Origin: Antedon mediterranea
Lineage: Eukaryota; Animalia; Echinodermata
NCBI RefSeq assembly: GCF_964355755.1
Contig: NC_092675.1
Span: 3,591,812 to 3,655,811 of the forward strand
Length of the DNA: 64,000 nucleotides
Direction of reading: 5' to 3'
The notes beneath the pieces were generated by a model that saw only the letters and a list, made by a program, of their open reading frames with translations, was not told the origin of the DNA and made no database searches. A program made the translations under genes and the position numbers. This document shows positions 53,401-64,000 of this stretch, one piece after another (the stretch's first letter is position 1; each line of letters begins with the position of its first letter).

Positions 53401-56400
53401 GAATACCGCCACTGCCGTAATCACTACCAAATATATTGTTATCTTCATTTTCACAACTGGAAAGGTCACATGGTACAGTTGTTTCTGGCTTTGAACCTGT
53501 GCACTCAAAATCGGGAAGGTCTGTGACCAACTGCGAGAACCCTGAGACAACTTTGCATGTTACCAATCTAGTCTTTACAGCTTCACCACAAGTAGCGCTG
53601 CAGTCCCCAAATTCACCTGTCACAAAGCTAAACAAGGATGTAAGGTAGTAAAGGGTTTAGGCACTATAACTTATACTCACTTATGTTAAATTACATAAAT
53701 AAATAACAGTTTCTTGGCAGCATTAGTAGTGGGACCAATAATAGATAATCATAAATTGTGTTATCTAAAATTTAAAAGTACCAAATAGATTGACTTGACT
53801 GTCTCATTGTCCCGGGCAGTGGTTGTGTGTGAAAAAACACAACAAGGCAACACTCTACTCAAATATTTTGTGTACACTGAACCTAGGGTTCATAGTCTTT
53901 ATCCAAGACTGTCTCGACCATCAGAAACACGGAACTAGTTTTCCGCGAACCATTTCCTATATTATGGCTATGGATTATGGTACCTCTACCTTGGAGTAGT
54001 TGAGTCTGGACCACTATTAAAAGCTCCTGTTTCAACTTGAATAAATTCTTCTTCACTTTCCAATATTGGTTCTAGAAATGTTTTTTAATCAAATCAAATG
54101 TCAACTTTTTTTTCATTTTTGCATGCATTTTCATAAAAAATTTTTGTAATTAACGTAAACAAAACTATTATTAACTTACTCTTTGGTGAGTGACATGGAA
54201 TTCTTGTGGAGCAAGTCTTCTGCGTATCTGGTTGAGTGTCTGGGTCACAGCCCGTTGTAACAACCACTTCTTGATGATTTTGACATTGAACATAGCGAGT
54301 AGTTATACCATCGCCACAACTTACAGAGCACTGCAAGTAAATGTACTTGTTTATATATTACATATTCTATGATGCTTTTGAAATATAATTAAATGGAAAA
54401 ACAACATTAAAGGCCCATTTACACTAGGACGATAACGATGGACGATAAATATATAAACATGCATTTTTTTTACATAAAACAAAATAAATTAGAAAGGTTT
54501 TCGTTCTAGAACTATAGGATAATCATTCATGCTGTCTTTGATAAAAATAATATTTTTAAAATTCCAATCAAATGACGTCATGATAAATAAAAACAATAAA
54601 ATCGTTGTATTGTCACAATATTATTGCTCTTACTAATCATGACGTCATTTGATTGGACGTGTGAAAATATCATTGTCATCAAAGGAAGCATAGATGGTTA
54701 TTCTATAGTTCTAGAATGAAAAGTTTTTATATTTCTTTTGTTTTATGTATGAAAAATGCATATTTGTCTATTTATCGTCGGTCGTTATCATCCTAGTGTA
54801 AATGGGCCTTTAATGTTGTTTTTCCATTTAATTATATTTCAAAAGCATCATAGTGTAAATGGGCCTTAAGAATAGTGCTCTACACAAACAATGTCTTTGG
54901 GATTGGATTTTTGTTTTCAATCACAGGATCCTCAACCAGTAGTAATCATACTTTGTTAGTTGTCTTTGAATTATTTTTATTATATTGTTAATGTTTCTCT
55001 ACTGAACAACTTTTGAAATCAATGCTTTAGCACTAAATGTGTCATTCAGTATCAAGACAGAATAAATAAATAAATATATATTCACAAGACAGAATTTAAA
55101 GTTAATTCAGCACATTATTTATAAGTTTTTAAGCTCTGGAGATAAAGAATACCAGTTAAAATCACAAAAAAAACAAACAAGAAAACAAGGTGTTTTTAAA
55201 AATAAATTACAGTATATAGGCAATTGTAGCTAGCATGTGTAATAAATATGGAACTAGTATGAAACAAAACATAATTAACTACATGCCATGTATATGCCAT
55301 AAAATCTCAAGGTCAATATTTAAATAGAATGAAAAACGGAACATGGTTTTGTCGCTAACCGGAAAAACATTTTGAGCATTTTAAATGTATAAGTGACTCA
55401 TAATAAGTCCAGGAGCCCAGGAAGAATAATTTGTTGGTACATTGTTTTATGTTTACTCTTTATATAAACATTTCCCACAAACTATATTGCTTAAGAATTT
55501 ACAAATAATAGTCATAATACTAGTCTCCATGAAAATCAAACTTTTCAAAAAAGTCACAAAATTTTTTCTTTCCATTCAGGCCAGTTCAATTTGACAAAAA
55601 ATTAGGATATCCTCCTGCAGTTAAAATTTACTCGTAATATTTTGAACAGCGTCTGCAATACTTTGTTTCCATTTGAAACATAGGCCTATTTTGACTAAAT
55701 TATTCTCTCCATTATACTCACCTCAGACCAATTGCCAGTAAGCCAATGTGGGCAAGGTTGGGGGTTACATGTCTTCTGTGATGGAGGTCTTTGTCCTTGG
55801 CAAGCCTGGTATACCTTTGATATAGACTGACCATCAGGTAGATCCTGTGAGCAAGTTACTATACGTTGCTGTACCCCTTGACCACAGCTTGTTGAACAAT
55901 CACTCCATGGATTTGTATGCCACCTGAAAAAGAAATCAGAAAAGATAATACACACTGTACTACTGTACATCAATACCTCGCAACAGACTCAGTAAAATGA
56001 AGATCTTTCTCATGTCTGTCAAGTGTGCTATCGGATGTACACCATAGAAGATTTCTTATTCTCACATGTTTCCTCATCTACATCATTGTAGTTTCTGCTA
56101 TGCCTGTCATATGTATATATAAATGTACATAAGGATGTAGAAAAATGGCGGGTGGCAAACAATTTTCCACATTTAACTGTTGTAAATAAATCACTTTATC
56201 ATGAGCAAGTAGATCATGAGTATTAGTAGATCACGGTCTAATTGATCGACTCTAAATATGAATCTACTAGGGACATTCTAACACACCATCTACATGTGTG
56301 GTAGGAGTTGCCTCACCAGTATACAAAATAATTCTTGATCCCCTTACCTTGGTGGACACACCTGGTTATTGCAATGTTCAAAGTTTTCTTTTGGTCTTTT

Positions 56401-59400
56401 ACTTTGATCACAGAAGCTGTCATCCAATGCCTCTCCAGACTCCACACTCACACAACTGATTAAACTTCCTTTTTCACCTTTAAAAATGAAATGTAAATTT
56501 TTACAGCGAAAGACAACTTATTGTCTCTGAGTCTCTTATTTCCCTACGTAATTAGCATTGTTTATCACCCAAAAAAACTGTTTAAAAAATGTTTAAACAA
56601 GCTTAAAATCTAAACATTTCTTGGATTTTCAACCATGTAATACTGTACATGTGCTTATCATAAAGTTGTATAATTATTTAATTTATTAGTAATAGTGAAT
56701 TTGGTACATCATATAAGCGAACACTTAACGTAAACAGACACTTTTTGTCACTACAATTTGAATGTCTCAAATATTTTTTTCTAATAATTTAGCGAACACG
56801 TGGAAATAAAATGTCTAAATATAATATTGTATTTATACTGAACATATTTAAACAATTTAATGAAATGAAAGAGCCACTTTTCTTTTCTTCGTACTTCACC
56901 TGTAGTAGGCCTATTTTAAAAAAAATTAATATTTGTATGCATATTTTAAAGTAAAACAGAAAAAACACAAAATAACAAAAACAAACACTTAAACTGAATT
57001 TCTACTTCCGAAATGTTAACTTTCACTTAATTGTAAATAACTATTATTGAATTATTCAACCATTTTATTGCCAATGAGGTTTTATTACTATTGATTTATG
57101 AGTGTAGTTAGAGCATGCTATAGTGATACTCTTGAGGGGCTATAAACCTTTCACATTGTCCTGCTTTTTAAAATTATTTAATTCAAACACATCAACATGC
57201 ACACGTAAAATAGGCCCACACCCCAAGTAAATTGACCAATCATGATACAATGGATCATCGAAACTGTTCCTTGTGATTGGTCAACCACTGTGTTGTGCGT
57301 ACACCATTGTGCAAGTGTGAACCAAACTTTACTACTATCAATCCTGAAAAAAAATCTACCATATAAAACAAACAGATGTGATATTAGCCAGTTGAAAGAT
57401 AATTGGTATAAAATATAATTACAAAAAAAGTCGCTAGCTAAATTTTTCCGAGGTGGGGTAGGTTGGTTGATTCATTAGTTTGTGGGAGGTTTATTCAGTG
57501 TCAGTAATTTTGTGGTTACCAGGGATGCAATTTCATGCATGGTCAGCACTGTTCCTTCACTATCTTATTCATAATTTTCAACAAAGGCAGCTGATACGGT
57601 AATTTAAAAGTTACTTAACTTAAAGTTAACTTAAAATTAATTCTGTATTTATACATAGTCAAAACATATTTCTTAAAATCTTAAGATTTTAAAATTCTGA
57701 TTTTCCTGAACCCCGATAAAAGGTTCTGTATTCAAATTATTTTTTATTATTTTCTATGCATTTAATTAAACACAATGTTAGTTAACAATTGATGAGGACA
57801 ATTCTAATGCTATATAAAAGTGTGGCTAGGATGTAGATAAAATGTAGCTCTCTTCTCGGAGATAATAGGCCAATGTCAGTTTATCCAGGTAAGCTAGGCA
57901 CAAAATAGACCAATTGTATCAAATGCAAAGAGCCATCAAAAAATAACCTTACATATTGTGAGAACCAACATGGTGCTTTCATTTTATTACTTTTGTGTTA
58001 ACTGTTCTACAGTCTATAGGGTTTTACAATAAATAAATAAATAAATAAATTTCCAAGCTTTTTTTTTTAGGTGGATTAAAGTTAGAATCAGGATTTGAAC
58101 CCAAGAACTTGTGACTGATGTTAACCCTACTAGAGTACCATTTTATGAGAACAATAGTGAGTAATAGGTGATATCTGACCACATTTGTGACTCTGCATTC
58201 AAATTAATCAATTTCAATAAATCTTCTTTTACTTTTGCTATGGTAATTTTCACATTTAATGAACCATGTACTCCTTGTATTTGTGACAATTAGATTAACG
58301 CTGTCCAATATTAACCACTGCACACTGTAATAACTTAAATAATGACTTTTAATAACATACAATAAAATACAGTAAATCCCTAGTTGACACTCTCGGGACC
58401 ACAGAAATTGTCCTCTAAATAGGGGTTGGCTTCAGTGTTAAAACGTATATTTTGGTTTTCATTCATTTCATGAGAAAGTATCGGGGTGTCTTCTGAAAAG
58501 GAAGATGTTTACTGTACATAATATTTATAATATATAACAGTTTTTAATAATTTACTATTTTTAAGCCTCTCTGCATTTTAAAATCTTGGATTCAACCATG
58601 TATAAAATTGTATACATCATTCAAAATTAAAAATGTTTAATATTCCAATTTGACACATTTAATATTCCAGACATTTAAACTAGACTATTTAAATAAAAGG
58701 AGCTAATGCCATTGAAAAGGTGAATCAAACATTGAATAACCTTTTGTTTAACCATGGTATCTAAACTATGTTCAATTGTTTTCTACTTTGTAAAATTTAT
58801 CATTTCTAATGACCAAAATAACAGCATGAGTAACCAGACTCTGTTACTTGATACTAAAAATGTCCAAATTACATATATCTTAACAGTTTTGATTTTATAA
58901 AACTCTGAGAAAATCACATACAAATTTGAATATACCATAAATTGGGGAAAAATGATATAATATTTCATATTTAAGTTTGATATGTGTTAGGCACATGCTT
59001 CCACATTGATGAAGTCAAGCTGGGACAGGTTAATTTACAGCCCAAGACCATATGGCTCAGATGGAAAACTTTGAAGATATTGCAACCTTGATATTATTAT
59101 TAATAAATTTTAATGTTGCTGATTATTGAATAACATTGGAAAATATGGTAATTGTGATTAAAAACGAGAAAGAGGAAAAATGGATGAATGGTTCTGTCAA
59201 TGAAATGATGTCAATAATTATGATAAGGAAAAGAGTGCAAATGTTGATAATCATAAAGAAAATCATGTAAAGATAAAATAGGATAAAATGTCTATAATCA
59301 TTATAATGAAGAAAAGAAAAACAAGAAGACAAGTCATGGATTGACAAAGCAAACTTAAATAATGTTAGAAGACTTTCTTCTTTTTAAGTTGATAAAATCA

Positions 59401-62400
59401 TAACAATGGAAAAGAATGATAATTATGATGATTGAATACTTTTAATGAAAGAAAGAGAATGATAAAAAAGAAAAAAGTTGAAAGACAATGATATCAGAAA
59501 ACGCCTGCAAAATGAATTGTCCTCTTTCTCCATAACTTCCAATTACCTCTTCATCATAACAAAACAAAAACAAAACATTTTTACCATTATTTATAATGTA
59601 TAGAAAGTTCATATTATATATAGTAAATTAATCAAGAAAAAGAATTAACTAAAGAAAAAAGAACTAACTCTTTTGAGCCATTTGTAAACACAAAATAATA
59701 CTCTTACCAAACTGCCTTGTGACCCACTTCCCTGTAAATGATGAATCCACAACATTTTTAGAAACCACTGATACCACACAAATGAGAACAAAAATATAGC
59801 AAGTTTGCATTTCTAAATGTATTAGTCTTGTCTTCAAAATAATCTGGTGTAATCTTTTGTAAATCTTATAAATTGTATTAAAAGTTATCAGACTACCAAA
59901 CAACATAGGCCTACTTATTGTAGGGCCACTGGGATTTTAACCAACATAAACAGAAAAACAATATCTTTGGTTGCGTAGACTAATAAAAAGGGTATTTACA
60001 TATAAAGATATTAATATTAGTAGATCTATATTTAATATATTACAAGTGCAGACAAACATATGGTTTCCATTAAAGATCAGGAGATAATAAAGTAAAAACC
60101 ACAAGAAGATAATTTATCTCATGCTTGATTAAATGCTAACTAAATATTCCAACACCCCTAAAGAACAAATGAAATAATCCATAAAACTTTTAGATTTAGA
60201 GAACCAATCAAAAGGGAGTAAAATGCTACTATGGTAACCTAGTTTGATTGCAATTTTCTAATATGAAACAAGGAATCCACTTCTTCAAAATAATGCAAAG
60301 ATATTTTGTTTGAAAATATAAATTGTTTGGTGTCTGTAAAAATACAGAAGGTTAACAAAGACAAAGACACTGTTTGTCCTAATAATGTAATTTGATGTTT
60401 AAATTGTATGAATTTTGGCTGATTCAAAATCTGTATGCCGTGTGAGATCTTTGTCTCATATTATCAAGTAAGTGATCCAAATTGAATTTCTTGGTAAAAC
60501 TAATAATTGTAACTGTCATTTTGTGTTGCAGCTCAAAAAACTGCACTATAACTACAAGTTAAATGTTGATAATGTTATTGTTACAGTATAACTCTAATTT
60601 CAGAATTCCCTTCACAGGTTTTTTCTACGGTTTCCATTTCCAAGAAAATAGAGGTAATTTATTCATACGTTCACCAGATATTTATTTTAAACTATTTTAG
60701 TTTCAAAATGTGTTACACTCTATAGCTACTGTAGCAATCAGGTTATTATTGTATGTCTCCTGTAGCAAACAGCTGCAAATTAAATCAAAGGTTGATATTA
60801 TGTTATATAGATCCTTGCAGCAATGATCTTGGGTGGCAATTGGAATCATTTTTAACCCTCAGTCCATTGATCCAAATAGATGGCAAATTGCCATGCTGCA
60901 TGTAAATATTCCTGGGAGTATTTCTAGCCCATGATATCAATGATTCAGATAACAAATTGATATCATGCAAGTTTACAGATGTATTGTCCCCGAAGAACAT
61001 AAAACAATTAAGATTAATTAAATCAGACTTTGAATATTTTATTTTGAAGTTTTAATAAAGTTCACTTATAAAATGACAAAATAAATGGTTAAGTTCAACC
61101 AAAAACCATTAAAAACAATTATGTTACATTAAAATGGCATATTCAACCAAAATGTTGTTAATTATTTTTTCAGGGGGATTCTATCATAAATGTCATAAAT
61201 ATGGGACCTTCTTCATTTGAGTTTAGGTTGAAGTCACCTTCCTTATGCTGCAGATTTGCTGAAAATACAAAAGGCACTTTTGGTATATCTACAGAATTTC
61301 GGGACACTCCTGTTTAATAGGAGATTAAGGGAACACTTTCCTGTGAAACAAATGGGGCAATATATATATGTTTTAACACTACAGTCAACATCCTATTCAG
61401 AGGACACCTTGATTATGGAGAAACTTTATTGGATTCTAATTTATATTGTTTTGCTTTTTTATATTTTATTCATTCTATATTTTTAGACAGTTAAAATAAA
61501 TGTATAGAAATAGATAGAAGTCAAAGCAAATAAATACGAGAATAAACAATTACAATCGACAAATTGCGAGAAGTACACATTGGTTTCACAGGGCGAGCAT
61601 ATGGCGAAGATATGTTTCCAATTAAACTATTGTAATTTAAAACTACCCTTGATCAAAATAAAAGTTTGAACATCTGAAATCACACTGAAATGTGTCAAGG
61701 CCGACTACAAATAAAATTTTAAAAGAAAATTCCTGGCGTGTCTCAATTTGTCAAATTGATGATTGGATTAAAATATCAACACTACTGAAAGCGGACAGAC
61801 TCTGTCATTTGATTGCTTCAAGCACAAACAGAGGCAAGATGAAATCATCAGAAATATAATTTATGTAATCTTTAAACGGGATAGCTTAAGGTGAAAAAAA
61901 GTCATCATTAAATCACATAAATACTTCAAGTTAAAAGGAACCATTTGAAAATAAGTTTCACTTTCAACAATAGGTTTCACAATCTAACTAAATTAAATAC
62001 GTTTTATAGTAAGACTTTAGCCAGATCCACTTTATAGGTTTTTAGTAGTTTTCACAATGTACATTTCTAATTTCATTTCATCTGAAGTGAAATTATTATG
62101 TACTGTAGTTTGTAAATGAATAAATTGAATCAGTCAAGTCTTATTTAATGTTACATGTTTAGTTTGCCCAAAGAGTTAAATGTTATACTTTTAATTCATA
62201 ATTTAAAGTGTTATGTCCATTCTGAAAGATGGTAAAAGACTCCTGTCCATTCCGGTGGATGTTAAATGTACCCCTCCTTTAAACAAGCTGCCAATGGACA
62301 GGCTTTATTATGTGCCAATATTCCTTACCTCCATTGCAGGATACTGAACACTCAGACCAGCCTAACTCTTTCCAATAATAGCCTGCTGTGTAGTTATAAT

Positions 62401-63581
62401 ATACATATTCTAGTTCAGTTGCTGGAGACACAAACATAACCTACGAATGAGTACACAAAGCAAAAGTATTATATTAGAATTTTTTTCAATAAACAAAACA
62501 TTCAGGAGGCGGAGTAAAATGAGATTTGTGTTTGAATTTTGTAATTTAAAAAAATCAATGAATGTGAAACAGTATGTAATAATAATAATTGGTTTAAAGA
62601 TGTATCGCACCCCAAAACAAATAGAGATCACTACTGTATTTGAATAAGCCATTTTATAGTTGTAATAAAGTTATTAAAATAAAAAGATTGATTTCACTTA
62701 CAAAATAAATCTTTTTCTTTAAATTACATGTGGATTTATCCAGTAAATATTTTTTTATATTTATTTTTGGTCATGCTTGAATGTGGTTTAAACTGTATGG
62801 ATTTTATTTCTATAAGGTAATATTTAAAATCACTTTTTTATGGTTTATTGATAAAAAGAACATTAATTACGATGAACAAATAAAGTTTAAAATATTGAAT
62901 AAGGATGGCTTGCCTCGCTTTTTGGAGTTTTTCTATTATCAGTAGTAATATGAATCTTACTCATACCGTTAACTGCATCGCATTTGGTATAGGTCCTTGA
63001 ATTACAATCCTTTTCTTTCCTCTCCTTTCAGTCATATATCGTACTCTTGTCCCCGAGACCATGTACGTTCCTGCTCGGCTGGCAGGAGGAAATTGGTTCA
63101 GTCCACCGCGTTCTGCACCTAGCATTGTTCCTCTAACTCCTATGTAGTTATTTCCTCGATATCGAATCATTATATTTGTGGCTCCTTGGGGAAACGTATA
63201 TACAACATCCACTCCTGTTTGATTGAAATTACACAAACCAAAAGTAGTAAATTTCGTGCCAGCTTACCTGGATAAACCAACAATAGCCCATGCTCTCCAG
63301 AAGGAGGGCTTAGATACAAAAGTAAAAAGTTCCAGAACACCCCTGTACCATAATGAACTAGTCCAACATACCACCATCATCATTTTCTTTTTTAACATGG
63401 AAGCATTAACACAGTGTTAATTTAAGATAGACAAGTATCATTTTCATTTACCTTGACTTTTACCACTTTTTAATTTGAAAGGTTGACCCTTGATTACTTG
63501 GCAGGTTTGTCCATTGCCGTTACATACTCCACATCGATCTAGTTTTGATATTGAATTCAATTGGCCGTCGCAACCTACAGG
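47375..63581 (-). CDS. ADAMTSL1: ADAMTSL1/ADAMTSL3 (punctin, madd-4-like) protein; 5'-incomplete, 18 exons, 997 aa in window
   Basis: Exons 63581-63452, 63214-62967, 62440-62329, 56477-56348, 55923-55722, 54330-54180, 54071-53990, 53627-53344, 53031-52902, 52396-52192, 51882-51700, 51504-51357, 50966-50661, 50509-50488, 49518-49293, 48767-48588, 48297-48147, 47478-47375 (2994 nt, phases consistent). Cys-rich half, spacer, 8 TSRs, Ig, 3 TSRs, PLAC. FSQLVTDLPDFECTGSKP resembles the ADAMTSL1/3 segment as I recall it; ADAMTSL1 and 3 cannot be told apart here. Confidence 0.9.
48147..48297 (-). CDS. ADAMTSL1: ADAMTSL1/3-like last TSR exon
   Basis: CSATCGPYGFQTRKIDCVYGG...CNQQPCEN|gtagg; phase 0 to 1. 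Confidence 0.9.
48588..48767 (-). CDS. ADAMTSL1: ADAMTSL1/3-like TSR exon
   Basis: CSGKCTESYTAYKMRRVYCENG...CRPEWRKTKWSE; phase 0 to 0. Confidence 0.9.
49293..49518 (-). CDS. ADAMTSL1: ADAMTSL1/3-like TSR exon
   Basis: NSAIGWDKDPWSSCSVTCGGGFKSRNVTC...CANQWKVEPWGS|gtgag; phase 2 to 0. Confidence 0.92.
49617..50424. mobile_element. Non-autonomous DNA transposon (ISL2EU-like), 808 bp
   Basis: AT|AGACACGTTT..GCTCGCGA ... TCGCGAGC..AAACGTGTCT|AT; subterminal inverted TAGTGGGTATA..GTAAACAAAC; GC/CpG-rich interior. Confidence 0.82.
50488..50509 (-). CDS. ADAMTSL1: 22-nt microexon (N)DDGLSG(S)
   Basis: ttgcag|ATGATGATGGACTGTCAGGAAG|gtaagg; converts phase 1 to phase 2 as the flanking exons require. 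Confidence 0.75.
50661..50966 (-). CDS. ADAMTSL1: ADAMTSL1/3-like Ig-domain exon
   Basis: VLIKCPV...LLWTKNG...GTLKVLAIEKEDRGIYTCHAG (Ig C..W..DxGxYxC pattern); phase 1 to 1. Confidence 0.92.
51133..51157. repeat. C25 homopolymer inside a decayed MITE
   Basis: Run of 25 C residues. Confidence 0.9.
51357..51504 (-). CDS. ADAMTSL1: ADAMTSL1/3-like TSR exon
   Basis: CSTTCGEGQRIRVILCVQQTGSNRVEIVSTCDWDQMPNRSEICRQKKCV; phase 0 to 1. Confidence 0.9.
51700..51882 (-). CDS. ADAMTSL1: ADAMTSL1/3-like TSR exon
   Basis: CSRECGNGMRRRMVYCRQK...CEPEWIAKEWSD|gtaag; phase 0 to 0. Confidence 0.92.
52192..52396 (-). CDS. ADAMTSL1: ADAMTSL1/3-like TSR exon
   Basis: WQLVIYRECSATCGGGVQEAHYLC...CDAEWVPGEWSM; phase 2 to 0. 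Confidence 0.92.
52902..53031 (-). CDS. ADAMTSL1: ADAMTSL1/3-like TSR exon
   Basis: GYRESIVSCYDYESTDFVSDVFCDIENKLPVYRDLCNDFPCPP; 130 nt, phase 1 to 2. Confidence 0.9.
53344..53627 (-). CDS. ADAMTSL1: ADAMTSL1/3-like TSR exon
   Basis: FVTGEFGDCSATCGEAVKTRLVTCKVVSGFSQLVTDLPDFEC...YMWRFNGHTECSLSCAG; phase 2 to 1. Confidence 0.92.
53990..54071 (-). CDS. ADAMTSL1: ADAMTSL1/3-like acidic linker exon
   Basis: KPILESEEEFIQVETGAFNSGPDSTTP(S); 82 nt, bridges phase 1 to phase 2 between its neighbours. Confidence 0.78.
54180..54330 (-). CDS. ADAMTSL1: ADAMTSL1/3-like TSR exon
   Basis: CSVSCGDGITTRYVQC...CSTRIPCHSPK|gtaag; phase 0 to 1. Confidence 0.92.
54411..54866. mobile_element. Palindromic Harbinger-like MITE with duplicated right end
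   Basis: TAA|AGGCCCATTTACACTAG ... TAGTGTAAATGGGCCT|TAA; the whole body is an imperfect palindrome; a decayed relative lies near 37644-37760. Confidence 0.88.
55722..55923 (-). CDS. ADAMTSL1: ADAMTSL1/3-like TSR exon
   Basis: WHTNPWSDCSTSCGQGVQQRIVTC...CPHWLTGNWSE|gtgag; phase 2 to 0. Confidence 0.92.
56348..56477 (-). CDS. ADAMTSL1: ADAMTSL1/3-like TSR exon
   Basis: GEKGSLISCVSVESGEALDDSFCDQSKRPKENFEHCNNQVCPP; 130 nt, phase 1 to 2. Confidence 0.9.
58370..58514. mobile_element. Decayed Tigger/pogo-like MITE
   Basis: TA|CAGTAAA ... TTTACTG|TA; GGGACAC/GTGTCC motifs shared with fragments near 27525-27595, 61300-61410 and 63660-63735. Confidence 0.55.
62329..62440 (-). CDS. ADAMTSL1: ADAMTSL1/3-like exon: spacer end and TSR start
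   Basis: VMFVSPATELEYVYYNYTAGYYWKELGWSECSVSCNG|gtaag; phase 0 to 1. Confidence 0.88.
62967..63214 (-). CDS. ADAMTSL1: ADAMTSL1/3-like spacer exon
   Basis: GVDVVYTFPQGATNIMIR...AGTYMVSGTRVRY...IQGPIPNAMQLT; phase 1 to 0. Confidence 0.88.
63452..63581 (-). CDS. ADAMTSL1: ADAMTSL1/3-like exon: Cys-rich second half
   Basis: ttttttag|PVGCDGQLNSISKLDRCGVCNGNGQTCQVIKGQPFKLKSGKSQ|gtaaa; phase 0 to 1. Confidence 0.9.
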
Positions 63582-64000
63582 CTAAAAAAACAAATCATAA
63601 TAGGCCTACCATAAAGAAATGTATATTTTGCTGGAGTCCAGCTTTAAAAGCTCTTTTTGGAAACGCCTATTCAGGGACACCACTATTAAGAGGTCACTTG
63701 TTAGGTCCTAAAGGTGTCCCCTTAATAGGAGTTTTGTATAGGCAAGATAACATAAAATAGTTGTTTGGTAATAAAGAAGTCATATTAATAAACACACATC
63801 AACATTTGTGTAGTAATGGACAGGCTTTGAAAACTTGTGCCTAATAGTTTCTTTTATTATAGCGCCCTCAATTTTAGAAAACTTTTAAAATGTTACAAAC
63901 TTTATAAAACATGTATACAAATTGTATAGGTAAATAATTTTTTAATGGGTGGAGAAAAAAATAGTCAATTGGAAGACTTTCAAATTATTCATTAAAAAAA

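Noticed and set aside
37925-63581. Papilin or catalytic ADAMTS protease assignment
   Set aside because: No Kunitz domains or HExxH metalloprotease exon in the window, and the architectures fit ADAMTSL clades; N-termini outside the window cannot be inspected.

Overview
AT-rich animal genomic DNA with GT-AG introns. It looks invertebrate, and the repeat families look echinoderm-like (inference only). It holds two convergent, tail-to-tail ADAMTS-like extracellular-matrix genes, which I assembled exon by exon with consistent splice phases. (1) + strand: a THSD4/ADAMTSL4/6-type gene (Cys-rich second half, spacer, a 2,080-bp low-complexity exon, 6 TSP1 repeats, PLAC; exons 37925-44798). A signal-peptide exon at 16036-16098 behind a CCAAT/GT-box promoter joins it in frame across a 21.8-kb intron, giving a 1,262-aa product resembling the vertebrate short ADAMTSL6-beta isoform. 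(2) - strand: an ADAMTSL1/3 (punctin, madd-4-type) gene, 5'-incomplete, with 18 exons from 63581 to 47375 (11 TSP1 repeats, one RGD-bearing Ig domain, a 22-nt microexon, PLAC). The most unusual signals are a ~225-aa Gly/Tyr/Gln/Asn prion-like repeat block in the THSD4-like protein, the internal signal-peptide exon, the frame-restoring microexon and a template-switch inverted duplication at an intronic MITE. Introns carry many MITEs, Helentron-like elements and SINE/LINE remnants. No prokaryotic features, CRISPR arrays or intact RNA genes were seen. Family assignments come from recalled motifs, not database searches.
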